Program-made: the position numbers and the translations under genes
Notes under the pieces: generated by a model
Seen by the model: the letters and a program-made list of their open reading frames with translations, nothing else
Database searches by the model: none
What the model was told of the DNA's origin: nothing
IMG/VR virus record: IMGVR_UViG_2529293215_000019
Source: a virus
Taxonomy: Duplodnaviria > Heunggongvirae > Uroviricota > Caudoviricetes
Direction: 5' to 3' (one strand)
DNA: 29,656 bases
Shown: positions 8,018-17,433 of the stretch, piece by piece
Layout of the letters: every line of letters begins with the position of its first letter
How positions within the stretch are numbered: position 1 is the first letter of the stretch

Positions 8018-8158
8018 TGCGCGCTGGCGGTGGTGCTGATTTTATTTTTTCAGCGTCTGAGCGCGTCGTGGCGGCGTTTAGATTTTGCGCCGGGGCGTTG
8101 CTGTGTCTGCGGGCTGTTTTGTGCGGTGGTGAGCGTGTGAGGGCGTGATGACTGGGTG

Positions 8159-8181
8159 TAAAAAAGCCGCCCGCAGGCGGC
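8159..8181 (-). terminator. rho-independent terminator of the P-Q operon
   Basis: Plus strand reads TAAAAAA-GCCGCC-CGCA-GGCGGC; on the minus strand this is a GC-rich 6-bp stem, 4-nt loop, then a U-run, immediately after the Q stop (8187). Confidence 0.65.
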
Positions 8182-8186
8182 GATGT

Positions 8187-9221
8187 TCAGCCGTTGTCAG
8201 TGTCCAGTGAGTAGTTTTTAAAGCGGATGACCTCCTGACCGAGCCAGCCGTTTATCTCGCGGATCCTGTCCTGTAACGGGATAAGCTCATTGCGGACAAA
8301 GACCTTTGCCACTTTCTCAATATCACCCAGCGACCCGACGTTCTCCGGCTTGCCGCCCATCAACTGAAAGGGGATGCGGTGCGCGTCCAGCAGGTCAGCG
8401 GCGCTGGCTTTTTTGATATTAAAAAAATCGTCCTTCGTTGCCACTTCACTGAGCGGGATAATTTTAATGCCGTCGGCTTTTCCCTGCGGGGCATAGAGAA
8501 ACAGATTTTTAAAGTTGTTGCGGCCTTTCGACTTGACCATGTTTTCGCGAAGCATTTCGATATCGTTGCGATCCTGCACGGCATCAGTGACGTACATGAT
8601 GTATCCGGCATGTGCGCCGTTTTCGTAATACTTGCGGCGGAACAGCGTGGCTGACTCATTCAGCCAGGCAGAGTTAAGGGCGCTGAGATATTCCGGCATG
8701 CCGTACAGCTCCTGATTAATATCCGGCTCCAGCAGATGAAACACGGAGCCGGGCGCGAAAGGTGTCGGCTCGTTGAAGGACGGCACCCACCAGTAAACAT
8801 CCTCCTCCACGCCACGGCGGGTATATTTTGCCGGTGAGGTTTCCAGTCTGATGACCTTACCGGTGGTGCTGTAACGCTTTTCCAGAAACGCATTACCGAA
8901 CACCAGAAAATCCAGCGCAAAGCGGCTGAAATCCTGCTGGGAAAGCCACGGATGCGGGATAAATGTCGAGGCCAGAATATTGCGTTTGACGTAAATCGGG
9001 GAGCTGTGATGCACGGCAGCACGCAGGCTTTTTGCCAGACCGGTAAAGCTGACCGGTGGCTCATACCATCTGCCGTTACTGATGCACTCGACGTAATCCA
9101 GAATGTCACGGCGGTCGAGTACCGGCACCGGCTCACCAAAGGTGAATGCCTCCATTTTCGGGGCGCTGGCGGTCATTTTTTTTGCCGCAGGTTGCGGTGT
9201 TTTCCCTTTTTTCTTGCTCAT
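8187..9221 (-). CDS. Q: portal protein (P2 gpQ-like)
   Basis: 344 aa, the length of P2 gpQ; ATG at 9221 overlaps the stop of upstream P (ATGA); located next to cos. Confidence 0.9.
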   Translation of the reverse strand: MSKKKGKTPQPAAKKMTASAPKMEAFTFGEPVPVLDRRDILDYVECISNGRWYEPPVSFTGLAKSLRAAVHHSSPIYVKRNILASTFIPHPWLSQQDFSRFALDFLVFGNAFLEKRYSTTGKVIRLETSPAKYTRRGVEEDVYWWVPSFNEPTPFAPGSVFHLLEPDINQELYGMPEYLSALNSAWLNESATLFRRKYYENGAHAGYIMYVTDAVQDRNDIEMLRENMVKSKGRNNFKNLFLYAPQGKADGIKIIPLSEVATKDDFFNIKKASAADLLDAHRIPFQLMGGKPENVGSLGDIEKVAKVFVRNELIPLQDRIREINGWLGQEVIRFKNYSLDTDNG

Positions 9222-10993
9222 CAGTAAAACTCCAGAATGGTGGATGTCAGCGGTGTGCTGATACCGGCGGTGAGTGGCTCATTTAACAGGGCGTGCATGG
9301 TCGCCCATGCGAGGTCGGCGTGGCTGGCTTCCTCGCTGCGGCTGGCCTCATAGGTGGCGCTGCGTCCGCTGCTGGTCATGGTCTTGCGGATAGCCATAAA
9401 CGAGCTGGTGATGTCGGTGGCGCTGACGTCATATTCCAGACAGCCACGACGGATAACGTCTTTTGCCTTGAGCACCATTGCGGTTTTCATTTCCGGCGTG
9501 TAGCGGATATCGCGCGCGGCGGGATAGAACGAGCGCACGAGCTGGAACACGCCGACACCGAGGCCGGTGGCATCAATACCGATGTATTCGACGTTATATT
9601 TTTCGGTGAGTTTGCGGATGGATTCCGCCTGGGTGGCAAAGTCCATACCTTTCCACTGGTGACGCTCAAGTATTCTGAATTTGCCACCGGCCACCACCGG
9701 CGGTGCCAGTACCACGCATCCGGCGCTGTCGCCACGGTGTGACGGGTCGTAACCAATCCATACCGGTCGGGAGCCGAACGGATTTGCGGCAAACGGCGCA
9801 TAGTCTTCCCATTCTTCCAGCGTGTCGACCATGCAGCGTTGCAGCTCCTCGAACGGGAATACCGATGCCTTGTCATCAACAAATTCACACATGAACAGGT
9901 TTTTAAAATCGTCGGCGCTGTTTTCGCGTTTAAGCTGCTCAATGTCGAACAATGTGCAGCCACCTTTCAGGGCGTCCTCAATGGTGACAATCTGCCGCCA
10001 CTGGCCGTCCGCACAGAGAAGCCCACCGGCAAGGGCGTTATGACTGACGTCGATTTCCACGCGTTCGGCGGCGCTGGCGCGTCCCCGGTTGAACAGTTCA
10101 CCTGACCAGAACGGGTAGGCGTCGTGCGCCAGCGTGGACGGGGTGGAGAAATAGGTCGAGCGCAGGTGACTCTGTGAGGCCATACCTGATGCCACCTTAC
10201 GCAGTACCTGAAAATTCGGGATCCAGAAAATCTCGTCGACGTACAGGTCGCCGTTATGGCTCTGTGCGGTGTTGGAGTTGGTGCCGAGAAAAATCAGTTT
10301 TGCGCCGTTATTGCCCAGGACAATCGGGTCACCGGTCAGGTCAACGTCAACCAGACGGGCAAAGGCGATGATGTATTCGCGGAACACATACGCCTGCGTT
10401 TTACTGGCCGACAGAAAAATCTGGTTATGACCGGTTTTCAGGGCGCGCAGCAGCGCCTCGCGGGAAAAATAAAACGTCGCGCCAATCTGGCGGGATTTCA
10501 GGATATCGCGGATGCGGTGCTCAAGCCCGGCGCGATACCAGTGCAACTGATATTCGAAAGACTGCTCAAAGAAAATCTGCTCCAGCTTTTCGATGGCCTC
10601 GTCACTGAAAAAATTCTTTTTCGGTTTGCGACGCCCGCCTTTGTTGCGGTTAGCGATGTTCGGATTAAGGTCTGCCTCGTTGCCGGTCTGGCTGTAGCGG
10701 TTTACCCGTGCCAGTCGTTCAATCTGGCGTCCGAGCAGGTCAATTTCCTTGAAGTCACCGCCGGTTTTCTGCGGTTTGATGATGAGCTGGGTCAGCCGCG
10801 CTTCCAGACTCATTTCGACACGGCTGATGGGGGCAACACTGTCCCAGCCGTCGCGCTGTTTCCAGCTCTGCACCGTCGGGCGTTTCATCTGCAACATGGC
10901 GGCAATCTGCGGCACGGAAAACCCCTGCCAGTACAGCAGCGCCGCCTGACGACGCGGGTCGTGTAAAAGAGTGGTGTCTGTGGTGATGGTCAT
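9221..10993 (-). CDS. P: terminase large (ATPase) subunit (P2 gpP-like)
   Basis: 590 aa from the first ATG (10993, preceded by GAGG; track start at 11023 is an alternative codon), the length of P2 gpP; N-terminal HTH-like region then ATPase/nuclease-sized body; upstream of the portal gene. Confidence 0.9.
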   Translation of the reverse strand: MTITTDTTLLHDPRRQAALLYWQGFSVPQIAAMLQMKRPTVQSWKQRDGWDSVAPISRVEMSLEARLTQLIIKPQKTGGDFKEIDLLGRQIERLARVNRYSQTGNEADLNPNIANRNKGGRRKPKKNFFSDEAIEKLEQIFFEQSFEYQLHWYRAGLEHRIRDILKSRQIGATFYFSREALLRALKTGHNQIFLSASKTQAYVFREYIIAFARLVDVDLTGDPIVLGNNGAKLIFLGTNSNTAQSHNGDLYVDEIFWIPNFQVLRKVASGMASQSHLRSTYFSTPSTLAHDAYPFWSGELFNRGRASAAERVEIDVSHNALAGGLLCADGQWRQIVTIEDALKGGCTLFDIEQLKRENSADDFKNLFMCEFVDDKASVFPFEELQRCMVDTLEEWEDYAPFAANPFGSRPVWIGYDPSHRGDSAGCVVLAPPVVAGGKFRILERHQWKGMDFATQAESIRKLTEKYNVEYIGIDATGLGVGVFQLVRSFYPAARDIRYTPEMKTAMVLKAKDVIRRGCLEYDVSATDITSSFMAIRKTMTSSGRSATYEASRSEEASHADLAWATMHALLNEPLTAGISTPLTSTILEFY

Positions 10994-11166
10994 GAATACC
11001 TCGCCGTGATGAATACACGGCAAGGCTACTGAGTCGCGCCCCGCGATTCGCTAAGGTGCTGTTGTGTCAGTGATAAGCCATCCGGGACTGATGGCGGAGG
11101 ATGCGCATCGTCGGGAAACTGATGCCGACATGTGACTCCTCTAATCACTATTCAGGACTCCTGACA
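10994..11166. promoter_or_regulatory. divergent late promoter region (P operon leftward, O operon rightward)
   Basis: 173-bp spacer between divergent P and O genes, the position of the Ogr-dependent late promoters in P2. I could not find a clean TGT-N12-ACA element by eye. Confidence 0.4.
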
Positions 11167-12021
11167 ATGGCAAAAAAAGTCTCAAAATTCTTTCGTATCG
11201 GCGTTGAGGGTGACACCTGTGACGGGCGTGTCATCAGTGCGCAGGATATTCAGGAAATGGCGGAAACCTTTGACCCGCGTGTCTATGGTTGCCGCATTAA
11301 CCTGGAACATCTGCGCGGCATCCTGCCTGACGGTATTTTTAAACGTTATGGCGATGTGGTCGAACTGAAGGCCGAAAAGATTGACGATGATTCGGCGCTG
11401 AAAGGCAAATGGGCGCTGTTTGCGAAAATCACCCCGACCGATGACCTTATCGCGATGAACAAGGCCGCGCAGAAGGTCTACACCTCAATGGAAATTCAGC
11501 CGAACTTTGCCAACACCGGCAAATGTTATCTGGTGGGGCTGGCCGTCACCGATGACCCGGCAAGCCTCGGTACGGAATACCTGGAATTCTGCCGCACGGC
11601 AAAACACAACCCCCTGAACCGCTTCAAATTAAGCCCTGAGAACCTTATTTCAGTGGCAACGCCCGTTGAGCTGGAATTTGAAGACCTGCCTGAAACCGTG
11701 TTCACCGCCCTGACCGAAAAGGTGAAATCCATTTTTGGCCGCAAACAGGCCAGCGATGACGCCCGTCTGAATGACGTGCATGAAGCGGTGACCGCTGTTG
11801 CTGAACATGTGCAGGAAAAACTGAGCGCCACTGAGCAGCGCCTCGCTGAGATGGAAACCGCCTTTTCCGCACTTAAGCAGGAGGTGACTGACAGGGCGGA
11901 TGAAACCAGCCAGGCATTCACCCGCCTGAAAAACAGTCTCGACCACACCGAAAGTCTGACCCAGCAGCGCCGCAGCAAGGCCACCGGTGGTGGCGGTGAC
12001 GCCCTGATGACGAACTGCTGA
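11167..12021 (+). CDS. O: capsid scaffolding protein (P2 gpO-like)
   Basis: 284 aa from the first ATG (11167), the length of P2 gpO; coiled-coil-rich C-terminus; immediately upstream of the major capsid gene. Confidence 0.85.
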   Translation: MAKKVSKFFRIGVEGDTCDGRVISAQDIQEMAETFDPRVYGCRINLEHLRGILPDGIFKRYGDVVELKAEKIDDDSALKGKWALFAKITPTDDLIAMNKAAQKVYTSMEIQPNFANTGKCYLVGLAVTDDPASLGTEYLEFCRTAKHNPLNRFKLSPENLISVATPVELEFEDLPETVFTALTEKVKSIFGRKQASDDARLNDVHEAVTAVAEHVQEKLSATEQRLAEMETAFSALKQEVTDRADETSQAFTRLKNSLDHTESLTQQRRSKATGGGGDALMTNC

Positions 12022-12079
12022 CCGGCGTCAGTCAGTCCGGGAAAACCTTCACGATTAACCCTTAATTTCAGGAAAAACT

Positions 12080-13153
12080 ATGCGCCAGGAAACCCGCTTT
12101 AAATTTAATGCTTACCTGTCCCGTGTTGCCGAACTGAACGGCATCGACGCCGGTGATGTGTCGAAAAAATTCACCGTTGAACCGTCGGTCACCCAGACCC
12201 TGATGAACACCATGCAGGAGTCCTCTGACTTTCTGACCCGCATCAACATTGTGCCGGTCAGCGAAATGAAAGGGGAAAAAATTGGCATCGGTGTCACCGG
12301 CTCCATCGCCAGCACCACCGACACCGCCGGTGGCACCGAGCGCCAGCCGAAGGACTTCTCGAAGCTGGCGTCAAACAAGTACGAATGCGACCAGATTAAC
12401 TTCGATTTTTATATCCGCTACAAAACGCTGGACCTGTGGGCGCGTTATCAGGATTTCCAGCTCCGTGTCCGTAACGCCATTATCAAACGCCAGTCCCTTG
12501 ATTTCATCATGGCCGGTTTTAACGGCGTGAAGCGTGCCGAAACCTCTGACCGCAGCAGTAACCCGATGCTGCAGGATGTGGCGGTCGGCTGGCTGCAGAA
12601 ATACCGCAATGAAGCCCCGGCGCGCGTGATGAGCAAGGTCACTGACGAGGAAGGTCACACGACCTCTGAGGTCATCCGCGTGGGTAAGGGCGGTGATTAT
12701 GCCAGCCTCGATGCACTGGTGATGGATGCGACCAACAACCTGATTGAGCCGTGGTATCAGGAAGACCCTGACCTTGTGGTGATTGTGGGGCGTCAGCTAC
12801 TGGCGGACAAGTATTTCCCCATCGTCAACAAGGAGCAGGACAACAGCGAAATGCTGGCCGCTGACGTTATCATCAGCCAGAAACGCATCGGTAACCTGCC
12901 GGCGGTACGCGTCCCGTACTTTCCGGCGGATGCGATGCTTATCACGAAGCTGGAAAACCTGTCCATCTACTACATGGATGACAGCCATCGCCGCGTGATT
13001 GTGGAAAACCCGAAACTCGACCGCGTGGAGAACTACGAGTCAATGAACATTGATTACGTGGTGGAAGACTACGCCGCCGGTTGTCTGGTGGAAAAAATCA
13101 AGGTCGGTGATTTCTCCACACCGGCTAAGGCGACCGCAGAGCCGGGAGCGTAA
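12080..13153 (+). CDS. N: major capsid protein (P2 gpN-like)
   Basis: 357 aa, the length of P2 gpN; ATG at 12080 preceded by AGGAAAAA. Confidence 0.9.
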   Translation: MRQETRFKFNAYLSRVAELNGIDAGDVSKKFTVEPSVTQTLMNTMQESSDFLTRINIVPVSEMKGEKIGIGVTGSIASTTDTAGGTERQPKDFSKLASNKYECDQINFDFYIRYKTLDLWARYQDFQLRVRNAIIKRQSLDFIMAGFNGVKRAETSDRSSNPMLQDVAVGWLQKYRNEAPARVMSKVTDEEGHTTSEVIRVGKGGDYASLDALVMDATNNLIEPWYQEDPDLVVIVGRQLLADKYFPIVNKEQDNSEMLAADVIISQKRIGNLPAVRVPYFPADAMLITKLENLSIYYMDDSHRRVIVENPKLDRVENYESMNIDYVVEDYAAGCLVEKIKVGDFSTPAKATAEPGA

Positions 13154-13156
13154 CCG

Positions 13157-13900
13157 ATGACGAGTCCCGCACAGCGCCACATGATGCGGGTCTCGGCAGC
13201 GATGACCGCGCAGCGGGAAGCCGCCCCGCTGCGACATGCAACTGTCTATGAGCAGATGCTGGTCAAGCTGGCCGCAGACCAGCGCACACTGAAAGCGATT
13301 TATTCAAAAGAGCTTAAGGCCGCGAAAAAGCGCGAACTGCTGCCGTTCTGGTTGCCGTGGGTGAACGGTGTGCTGGAGCAGGGCAAAGGTGCACAGGATG
13401 ACATTCTGATGACGGTCATGCTGTGGCGTCTGGATACCGGCGATATTGCCGGTGCGCTGGAGATTGCCCGTTATGCCCTGAAGTACGGTCTGACCATGCC
13501 GGGTAAACACCGCCGCACCCCGCCGTACATGTTCACCGAGGAGGTCGCACTCGCGGCCATGCGCGCTCACGCTGCCGGTGAATCTGTGGATATCCGCCTG
13601 CTGACGGAGACCCTTGAACTGACCGCCACGGCTGACATGCCTGATGAAGTGCGCGCAAAGCTGCACAAAATCACCGGTCTGTTTCTGCGTGACGCTGGTG
13701 ATGCCGCCGGTGCGCTGGCTCACCTGCAACGTGCGACACAGCTCGACTGTCAGGCAGGCGTCAAAAAAGAGATTGAACGACTGGAGCGGGAGCTGAAACC
13801 GAAGCCGGAGCCGCAGCCAAAAGCGGTCACCCGCGCCCCGCGTAAGACCCGGAGCGTGACACCGGCAAAACGTGGACGCCCGAAAAAGAAAGCCAGTTAA
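13157..13900 (+). CDS. M: terminase small / endonuclease subunit (P2 gpM-like)
   Basis: 247 aa, the length of P2 gpM; basic Lys/Arg-rich C-terminal tail. Confidence 0.85.
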   Translation: MTSPAQRHMMRVSAAMTAQREAAPLRHATVYEQMLVKLAADQRTLKAIYSKELKAAKKRELLPFWLPWVNGVLEQGKGAQDDILMTVMLWRLDTGDIAGALEIARYALKYGLTMPGKHRRTPPYMFTEEVALAAMRAHAAGESVDIRLLTETLELTATADMPDEVRAKLHKITGLFLRDAGDAAGALAHLQRATQLDCQAGVKKEIERLERELKPKPEPQPKAVTRAPRKTRSVTPAKRGRPKKKAS

Positions 13901-13999
13901 CAACCGAATGCGCCCCGCGCCAGGGCGGCACGCCGGTCAGTGAGGGTGAATCACCTGACACTGCACCGGCGTCCACCGCCCGACTTTTCAGAGGTAGTC

Positions 14000-14509
14000 A
14001 TGATGACGCTGATTATTCCGCGAAAGGAGGCTCCCGTGTCCGGTGAGGGGACGGTGGTCATCCCGCAACCGGCAGGCGACGAGCCGGTGATTAAAAACAC
14101 GTTCTTTTTTCCCGATATCGACCCGAAGCGCGTCCGGGAACGTATGCGCCTTGAGCAGACCGTCGCCCCCGCCCGTCTGCGTGAGGCCATCAAGTCAGGC
14201 ATGGCGGAGACGAATGCGGAGCTGTACGAGTACCGCGAACAGAAAATTGCCGCCGGTTTTACGCGTCTGGCGGACGTCCCGGCGGACGATATCGACGGTG
14301 AAAGCATCAAGGTTTTTTACTACGAGCGCGCCGTGTGTGCGATGGCGACCGCATCGCTTTATGAGCGTTATCGCGGCGTGGATGCCAGTGCGAAAGGCGA
14401 CAAGAAGGCTGACAGCATTGACAGCACCATTGATGAACTTTGGCGGGATATGCGCTGGGCGGTGGCGCGTATCCAGGACAAGCCGCGCTGCATCGTGAGT
14501 CAAATCTGA
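14000..14509 (+). CDS. L: head completion / stabilisation protein (P2 gpL-like)
   Basis: 169 aa from the ATG at 14000 (GAGG SD), the length of P2 gpL. Confidence 0.85.
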   Translation: MMTLIIPRKEAPVSGEGTVVIPQPAGDEPVIKNTFFFPDIDPKRVRERMRLEQTVAPARLREAIKSGMAETNAELYEYREQKIAAGFTRLADVPADDIDGESIKVFYYERAVCAMATASLYERYRGVDASAKGDKKADSIDSTIDELWRDMRWAVARIQDKPRCIVSQI

Positions 14510-14712
14510 TGAAGACCTTTGCGCTACAGGGCGACACGCTCGACGCCATCTGTGTCCGGTATTACGGGCGCACTGAGGGCGTGGTCGAGGCCGTGCTCGC
14601 CGCAAATCCGGGACTGGCTGAACTGGGTGCGGTGCTGCCGCACGGCACCGCCGTCGAACTGCCCGACGTTCAGACCGCGCCCGTGGCTGAAACTGTCAAT
14701 CTGTGGGAGTAA
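14509..14712 (+). CDS. X: small tail protein (P2 gpX-like)
   Basis: 67 aa from the ATG at 14509, which overlaps the L stop (TGATG); same size as P2 gpX. Confidence 0.8.
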   Translation: MKTFALQGDTLDAICVRYYGRTEGVVEAVLAANPGLAELGAVLPHGTAVELPDVQTAPVAETVNLWE

Positions 14713-14715
14713 CGC

Positions 14716-14997
14716 ATGACAGCAGAAGAAAAAAGCGTCCTGTCGCTTTTCATGATTGGGGTGCTGATTGTTGTCGGCAAGGTGCTTGCCGGTGGTGAAC
14801 CCATCACCCCGCGTCTGTTTATCGGGCGCATGTTGCTCGGTGGTTTTGTCTCGATGGTTGCCGGTGTTGTTCTGGTTCAGTTTCCTGACCTGTCACTGCC
14901 TGCGGTGTGCGGCATCGGCTCCATGCTGGGTATCGCCGGTTATCAGGTGATTGAGATTGCCATTCAGCGCCGCTTTAAGGGCAGGGGGAAACCGTAA
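14716..14997 (+). CDS. Y: holin (P2 gpY-like)
   Basis: 93 aa with hydrophobic transmembrane stretches (LSLFMIGVLIVVGKVLAGG, LLGGFVSMVAGVVLV); directly upstream of the endolysin gene. Confidence 0.8.
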   Translation: MTAEEKSVLSLFMIGVLIVVGKVLAGGEPITPRLFIGRMLLGGFVSMVAGVVLVQFPDLSLPAVCGIGSMLGIAGYQVIEIAIQRRFKGRGKP

Positions 14998-15494
14998 TGC
15001 CGGTAATTAACACGCATCAGAATATCGCCGCCTTTCTCGACATGCTGGCCGTGTCCGAAGGGACGGCGAACCATCCGCTGACGAAAAACCGGGGCTATGA
15101 CGTGATAGTCACCGGACTGGACGGAAAGCCGGAAATTTTCACCGACTACAGTGACCACCCGTTCGCGCATGGCCGACCGGCGAAGGTGTTTAACCGTCGC
15201 GGTGAAAAATCCACGGCCTCCGGTCGCTATCAGCAGCTTTACCTGTTCTGGCCGCATTACCGCAAACAGCTTGCCCTGCCGGATTTCAGTCCGTTGTCAC
15301 AGGACAGACTCGCCATTCAGTTGATCCGCGAACGCGGTGCACTGGATGACATCCGGGCGGGACGCATTGAGCGCGCCATTTCACGCTGTCGCAATATCTG
15401 GGCGTCCCTGCCGGGAGCCGGTTACGGTCAGCGTGAGCATTCACTGGAAAAACTGGTCACCGTCTGGCGTACCGCTGGCGGCGTACCGGCTTAA
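14997..15494 (+). CDS. K: endolysin / lysozyme (P2 gpK-like)
   Basis: 165 aa, the length of P2 K; ATG overlaps the Y stop (TAATG); sits in the lysis cassette between holin and lysA. Confidence 0.85.
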   Translation: MPVINTHQNIAAFLDMLAVSEGTANHPLTKNRGYDVIVTGLDGKPEIFTDYSDHPFAHGRPAKVFNRRGEKSTASGRYQQLYLFWPHYRKQLALPDFSPLSQDRLAIQLIRERGALDDIRAGRIERAISRCRNIWASLPGAGYGQREHSLEKLVTVWRTAGGVPA

Positions 15495-15508
15495 ACGGAG
15501 TAAACACC

Positions 15509-15934
15509 ATGAAGAAATTATCCCTTTCACTGATGCTGAACGTGTCGCTGGCGCTGATGCTGGCACTGTCCCTGATTTACCCGCAGAGCGTGGCCGTCAG
15601 TTTTGTCGCCACCTGGGCGATTCTGGCGACGGTTATCTGTGTGGTTGCCGGTGGTGTCGGCGTGTATGCCACTGAGTATGTGCTGGAACGCTACGGGCGG
15701 GAGCTGCCGCCGGAATCGCTGGCCGTGAAGATTGTCGCGTCGCTGTTTTTGCAGCCGGTGCCGTGGCGCAGACGGGCGGCGGCTCTGGTGGTGATGGTGG
15801 CGACGTTTATCGCGCTGGTCGCCGCCGGGTGGATTTTTACCGCGCTGATTTATCTTGTGGCATCGGTGTTCTTCCGGCTGATACGTAAAGCCTGTCGTCA
15901 GCGTCTTGAGGGGCGGGAATTATGTCAAAGCTGA
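15509..15934 (+). CDS. lysA: lysis timing protein LysA-like (membrane protein)
   Basis: 141 aa with several hydrophobic helices; position and size as P2 lysA. Confidence 0.7.
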   Translation: MKKLSLSLMLNVSLALMLALSLIYPQSVAVSFVATWAILATVICVVAGGVGVYATEYVLERYGRELPPESLAVKIVASLFLQPVPWRRRAAALVVMVATFIALVAAGWIFTALIYLVASVFFRLIRKACRQRLEGRELCQS

Positions 15935-16347
15935 TGATTGTGCTGGTCGTGTTGTTATCGCTGGCGGTGGCGGGGCTGTTTCTGGCAAAGCATGAAAACG
16001 CCAGCCTGCGCGCCTCGCTGGACAGGGCGAACAACGTCGCCAGTGAACAGCAGACGACCATCACCATGCTGAAAAACCAGCTTCATGTTGCCCTTACCAG
16101 GGCAGACAAAAACGAGATGGCGCAGGTGGCACTGCGTCAGGAACTGGAGAACGCCGCGAAGCGTGAAGCACAGCGCGAGAAAACCATCACGAGGTTACTT
16201 AATGAGAACGAAGATTTTCGCCGCTGGTACGGTGCTGACCTGCCTGATGCTGTGCGCCGGTTGCACCAGCGCCCCGCCTGCACCGACGCCAGTGATTGTC
16301 CCCAACGCATGCCCGAAAGTGAGTCTTTGCCCGATGCCGGGCAGTGA
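15922..16347 (+). CDS. lysB: i-spanin (Rz-like, P2 LysB-like)
   Basis: 141 aa; N-terminal TM helix (LMIVLVVLLSLAVAGLFLA) followed by a charged coiled-coil region. Confidence 0.75.
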   Translation: MSKLMIVLVVLLSLAVAGLFLAKHENASLRASLDRANNVASEQQTTITMLKNQLHVALTRADKNEMAQVALRQELENAAKREAQREKTITRLLNENEDFRRWYGADLPDAVRRLHQRPACTDASDCPQRMPESESLPDAGQ

Positions 16348-16492
16348 CCCGGAGACGAACGGTGATTTAAGTGCCGATATCCGGCAGCTTGAGAACGCGC
16401 TGGCACGCTGTGCCAGCCAGGTAAAAATGATTAAACACTGTCAGGACGAAAACGATGCTCAAACCCGACAGCCTGCGCAGGGCGCTGACTGA
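16202..16492 (+). CDS. lysC: o-spanin lipoprotein (Rz1-like, P2 LysC-like)
   Basis: 96-aa ORF in an alternative frame overlapping the 3' end of lysB and the 5' end of R; signal peptide with lipobox (LMLCAGC) and a Pro-rich mature region. Confidence 0.75.
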   Translation: MRTKIFAAGTVLTCLMLCAGCTSAPPAPTPVIVPNACPKVSLCPMPGSDPETNGDLSADIRQLENALARCASQVKMIKHCQDENDAQTRQPAQGAD

Positions 16493-16922
16493 TGCCGTCA
16501 CGGTGCTGAAAACTAACCCCGATATGCTGCGGATATTCGTGGATAACGGGAGTATTGCCTCCACACTGGCGAGGTCGCTGTCATTTGAAAAGCGTTACAC
16601 GCTCAATGTCATTGTGACCGACTTTACCGGTGATTTTGACCTGCTCATCGTGCCGGTGCTGGCGTGGCTGCGGGAAAATCAGCCTGACATCATGACCACC
16701 GACGCAGGCCAGAAAAAGGGCTTCACGTTTTATGCGGACATCAACAATGACAGCAGCTTTGATATCAGCATCAGCCTGATGCTGACCGAGCGCACGCTGG
16801 TCAGTGAGGTGGACGGCGCACTGCATGTGAAGAATATCCCGGAACCCACGCCGCCGGAGCCGGTCACCCGCCCGGTGGAGCTTTATATCAATGGCGAACT
16901 GGTGAGCAAGTGGGATGAATGA
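16455..16922 (+). CDS. R: tail completion protein (P2 gpR-like)
   Basis: 155 aa, the length and position of P2 gpR. Confidence 0.8.
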   Translation: MLKPDSLRRALTDAVTVLKTNPDMLRIFVDNGSIASTLARSLSFEKRYTLNVIVTDFTGDFDLLIVPVLAWLRENQPDIMTTDAGQKKGFTFYADINNDSSFDISISLMLTERTLVSEVDGALHVKNIPEPTPPEPVTRPVELYINGELVSKWDE

Positions 16923-17367
16923 GTTTAAGCGTTTTGAAGACCGGCTGACCGGACTGATTGAATCGCTGTCACCGTCAGGGCGTCGGCGACTGAGCGCCGA
17001 ACTGGCGAAACGTCTGCGGCAGAGTCAGCAGCGTCGGGTGATGGCTCAGAAAGCCCCGGACGGCACACCCTACGCGCCACGCCAGCAGCAGAGCGCCAGA
17101 AAAAAGACTGATCGTGTTAAGCGAAAAATGTTTGCGAAACTTATCACCAGTCGTTTTTTGCATATCCGCGCCAGCCCGGAACAGGCATCAATGGAGTTTT
17201 ACGGCGGGAAGTCACCGAAAATCGCCAGCGTGCATCAGTTCGGTCTGTCGGAAGAAAACCGGAAAGACGGTAAGAAAATTGATTATCCGGCGCGTCCTCT
17301 GCTCGGCTTTACCGGTGAGGATGTGCAGATGATTGAAGAGATTATTCTGGCGCACCTCAACCGTTAG
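16915..17367 (+). CDS. S: tail completion protein (P2 gpS-like)
   Basis: 150 aa, the length and position of P2 gpS; ATG overlaps the R stop. Confidence 0.8.
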   Translation: MNEFKRFEDRLTGLIESLSPSGRRRLSAELAKRLRQSQQRRVMAQKAPDGTPYAPRQQQSARKKTDRVKRKMFAKLITSRFLHIRASPEQASMEFYGGKSPKIASVHQFGLSEENRKDGKKIDYPARPLLGFTGEDVQMIEEIILAHLNR

Positions 17368-17399
17368 TTGTGCCATTCCCGACACCTCATCGTCACATT

Positions 17400-17421
17400 G
17401 CCGCCGGTATGACCCGGCGGC
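17400..17421 (+). terminator. candidate stem-loop between S and V (possible end of the O-S late operon)
   Basis: GCCGCCGG-TATGAC-CCGGCGGC: 8-bp GC-rich stem, 6-nt loop, 33 nt after the S stop; no strong U-run follows. Confidence 0.35.
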
Positions 17422-17433
17422 ATCCTTCCCGTT

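Noticed and set aside
7942-8148. 68-aa plus-strand ORF (MLGLVVVIQLHSNRPMKRAGEAGK...) in the region between the cargo gene and Q
   Set aside because: It spans the cos site and GC-rich packaging region, has no SD, and its Ala/Arg/Gly-rich composition is what a random frame through GC-rich DNA gives; more likely non-coding cos flanking sequence.
8660-9139. 159-aa minus-strand ORF inside portal gene Q in another frame
   Set aside because: Fully nested within a well-supported gene; Arg/Ser/Trp-rich low-complexity translation typical of an off-frame artefact.
10256-10966. 236-aa plus-strand ORF antisense to terminase gene P
   Set aside because: Entirely antisense within a conserved gene; no SD or promoter context; composition typical of a GC-rich antisense frame.
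13304-13903. 199-aa minus-strand ORF antisense to terminase small subunit gene M
   Set aside because: Antisense within a conserved late gene; Arg/Leu-rich artefact of GC-rich DNA.
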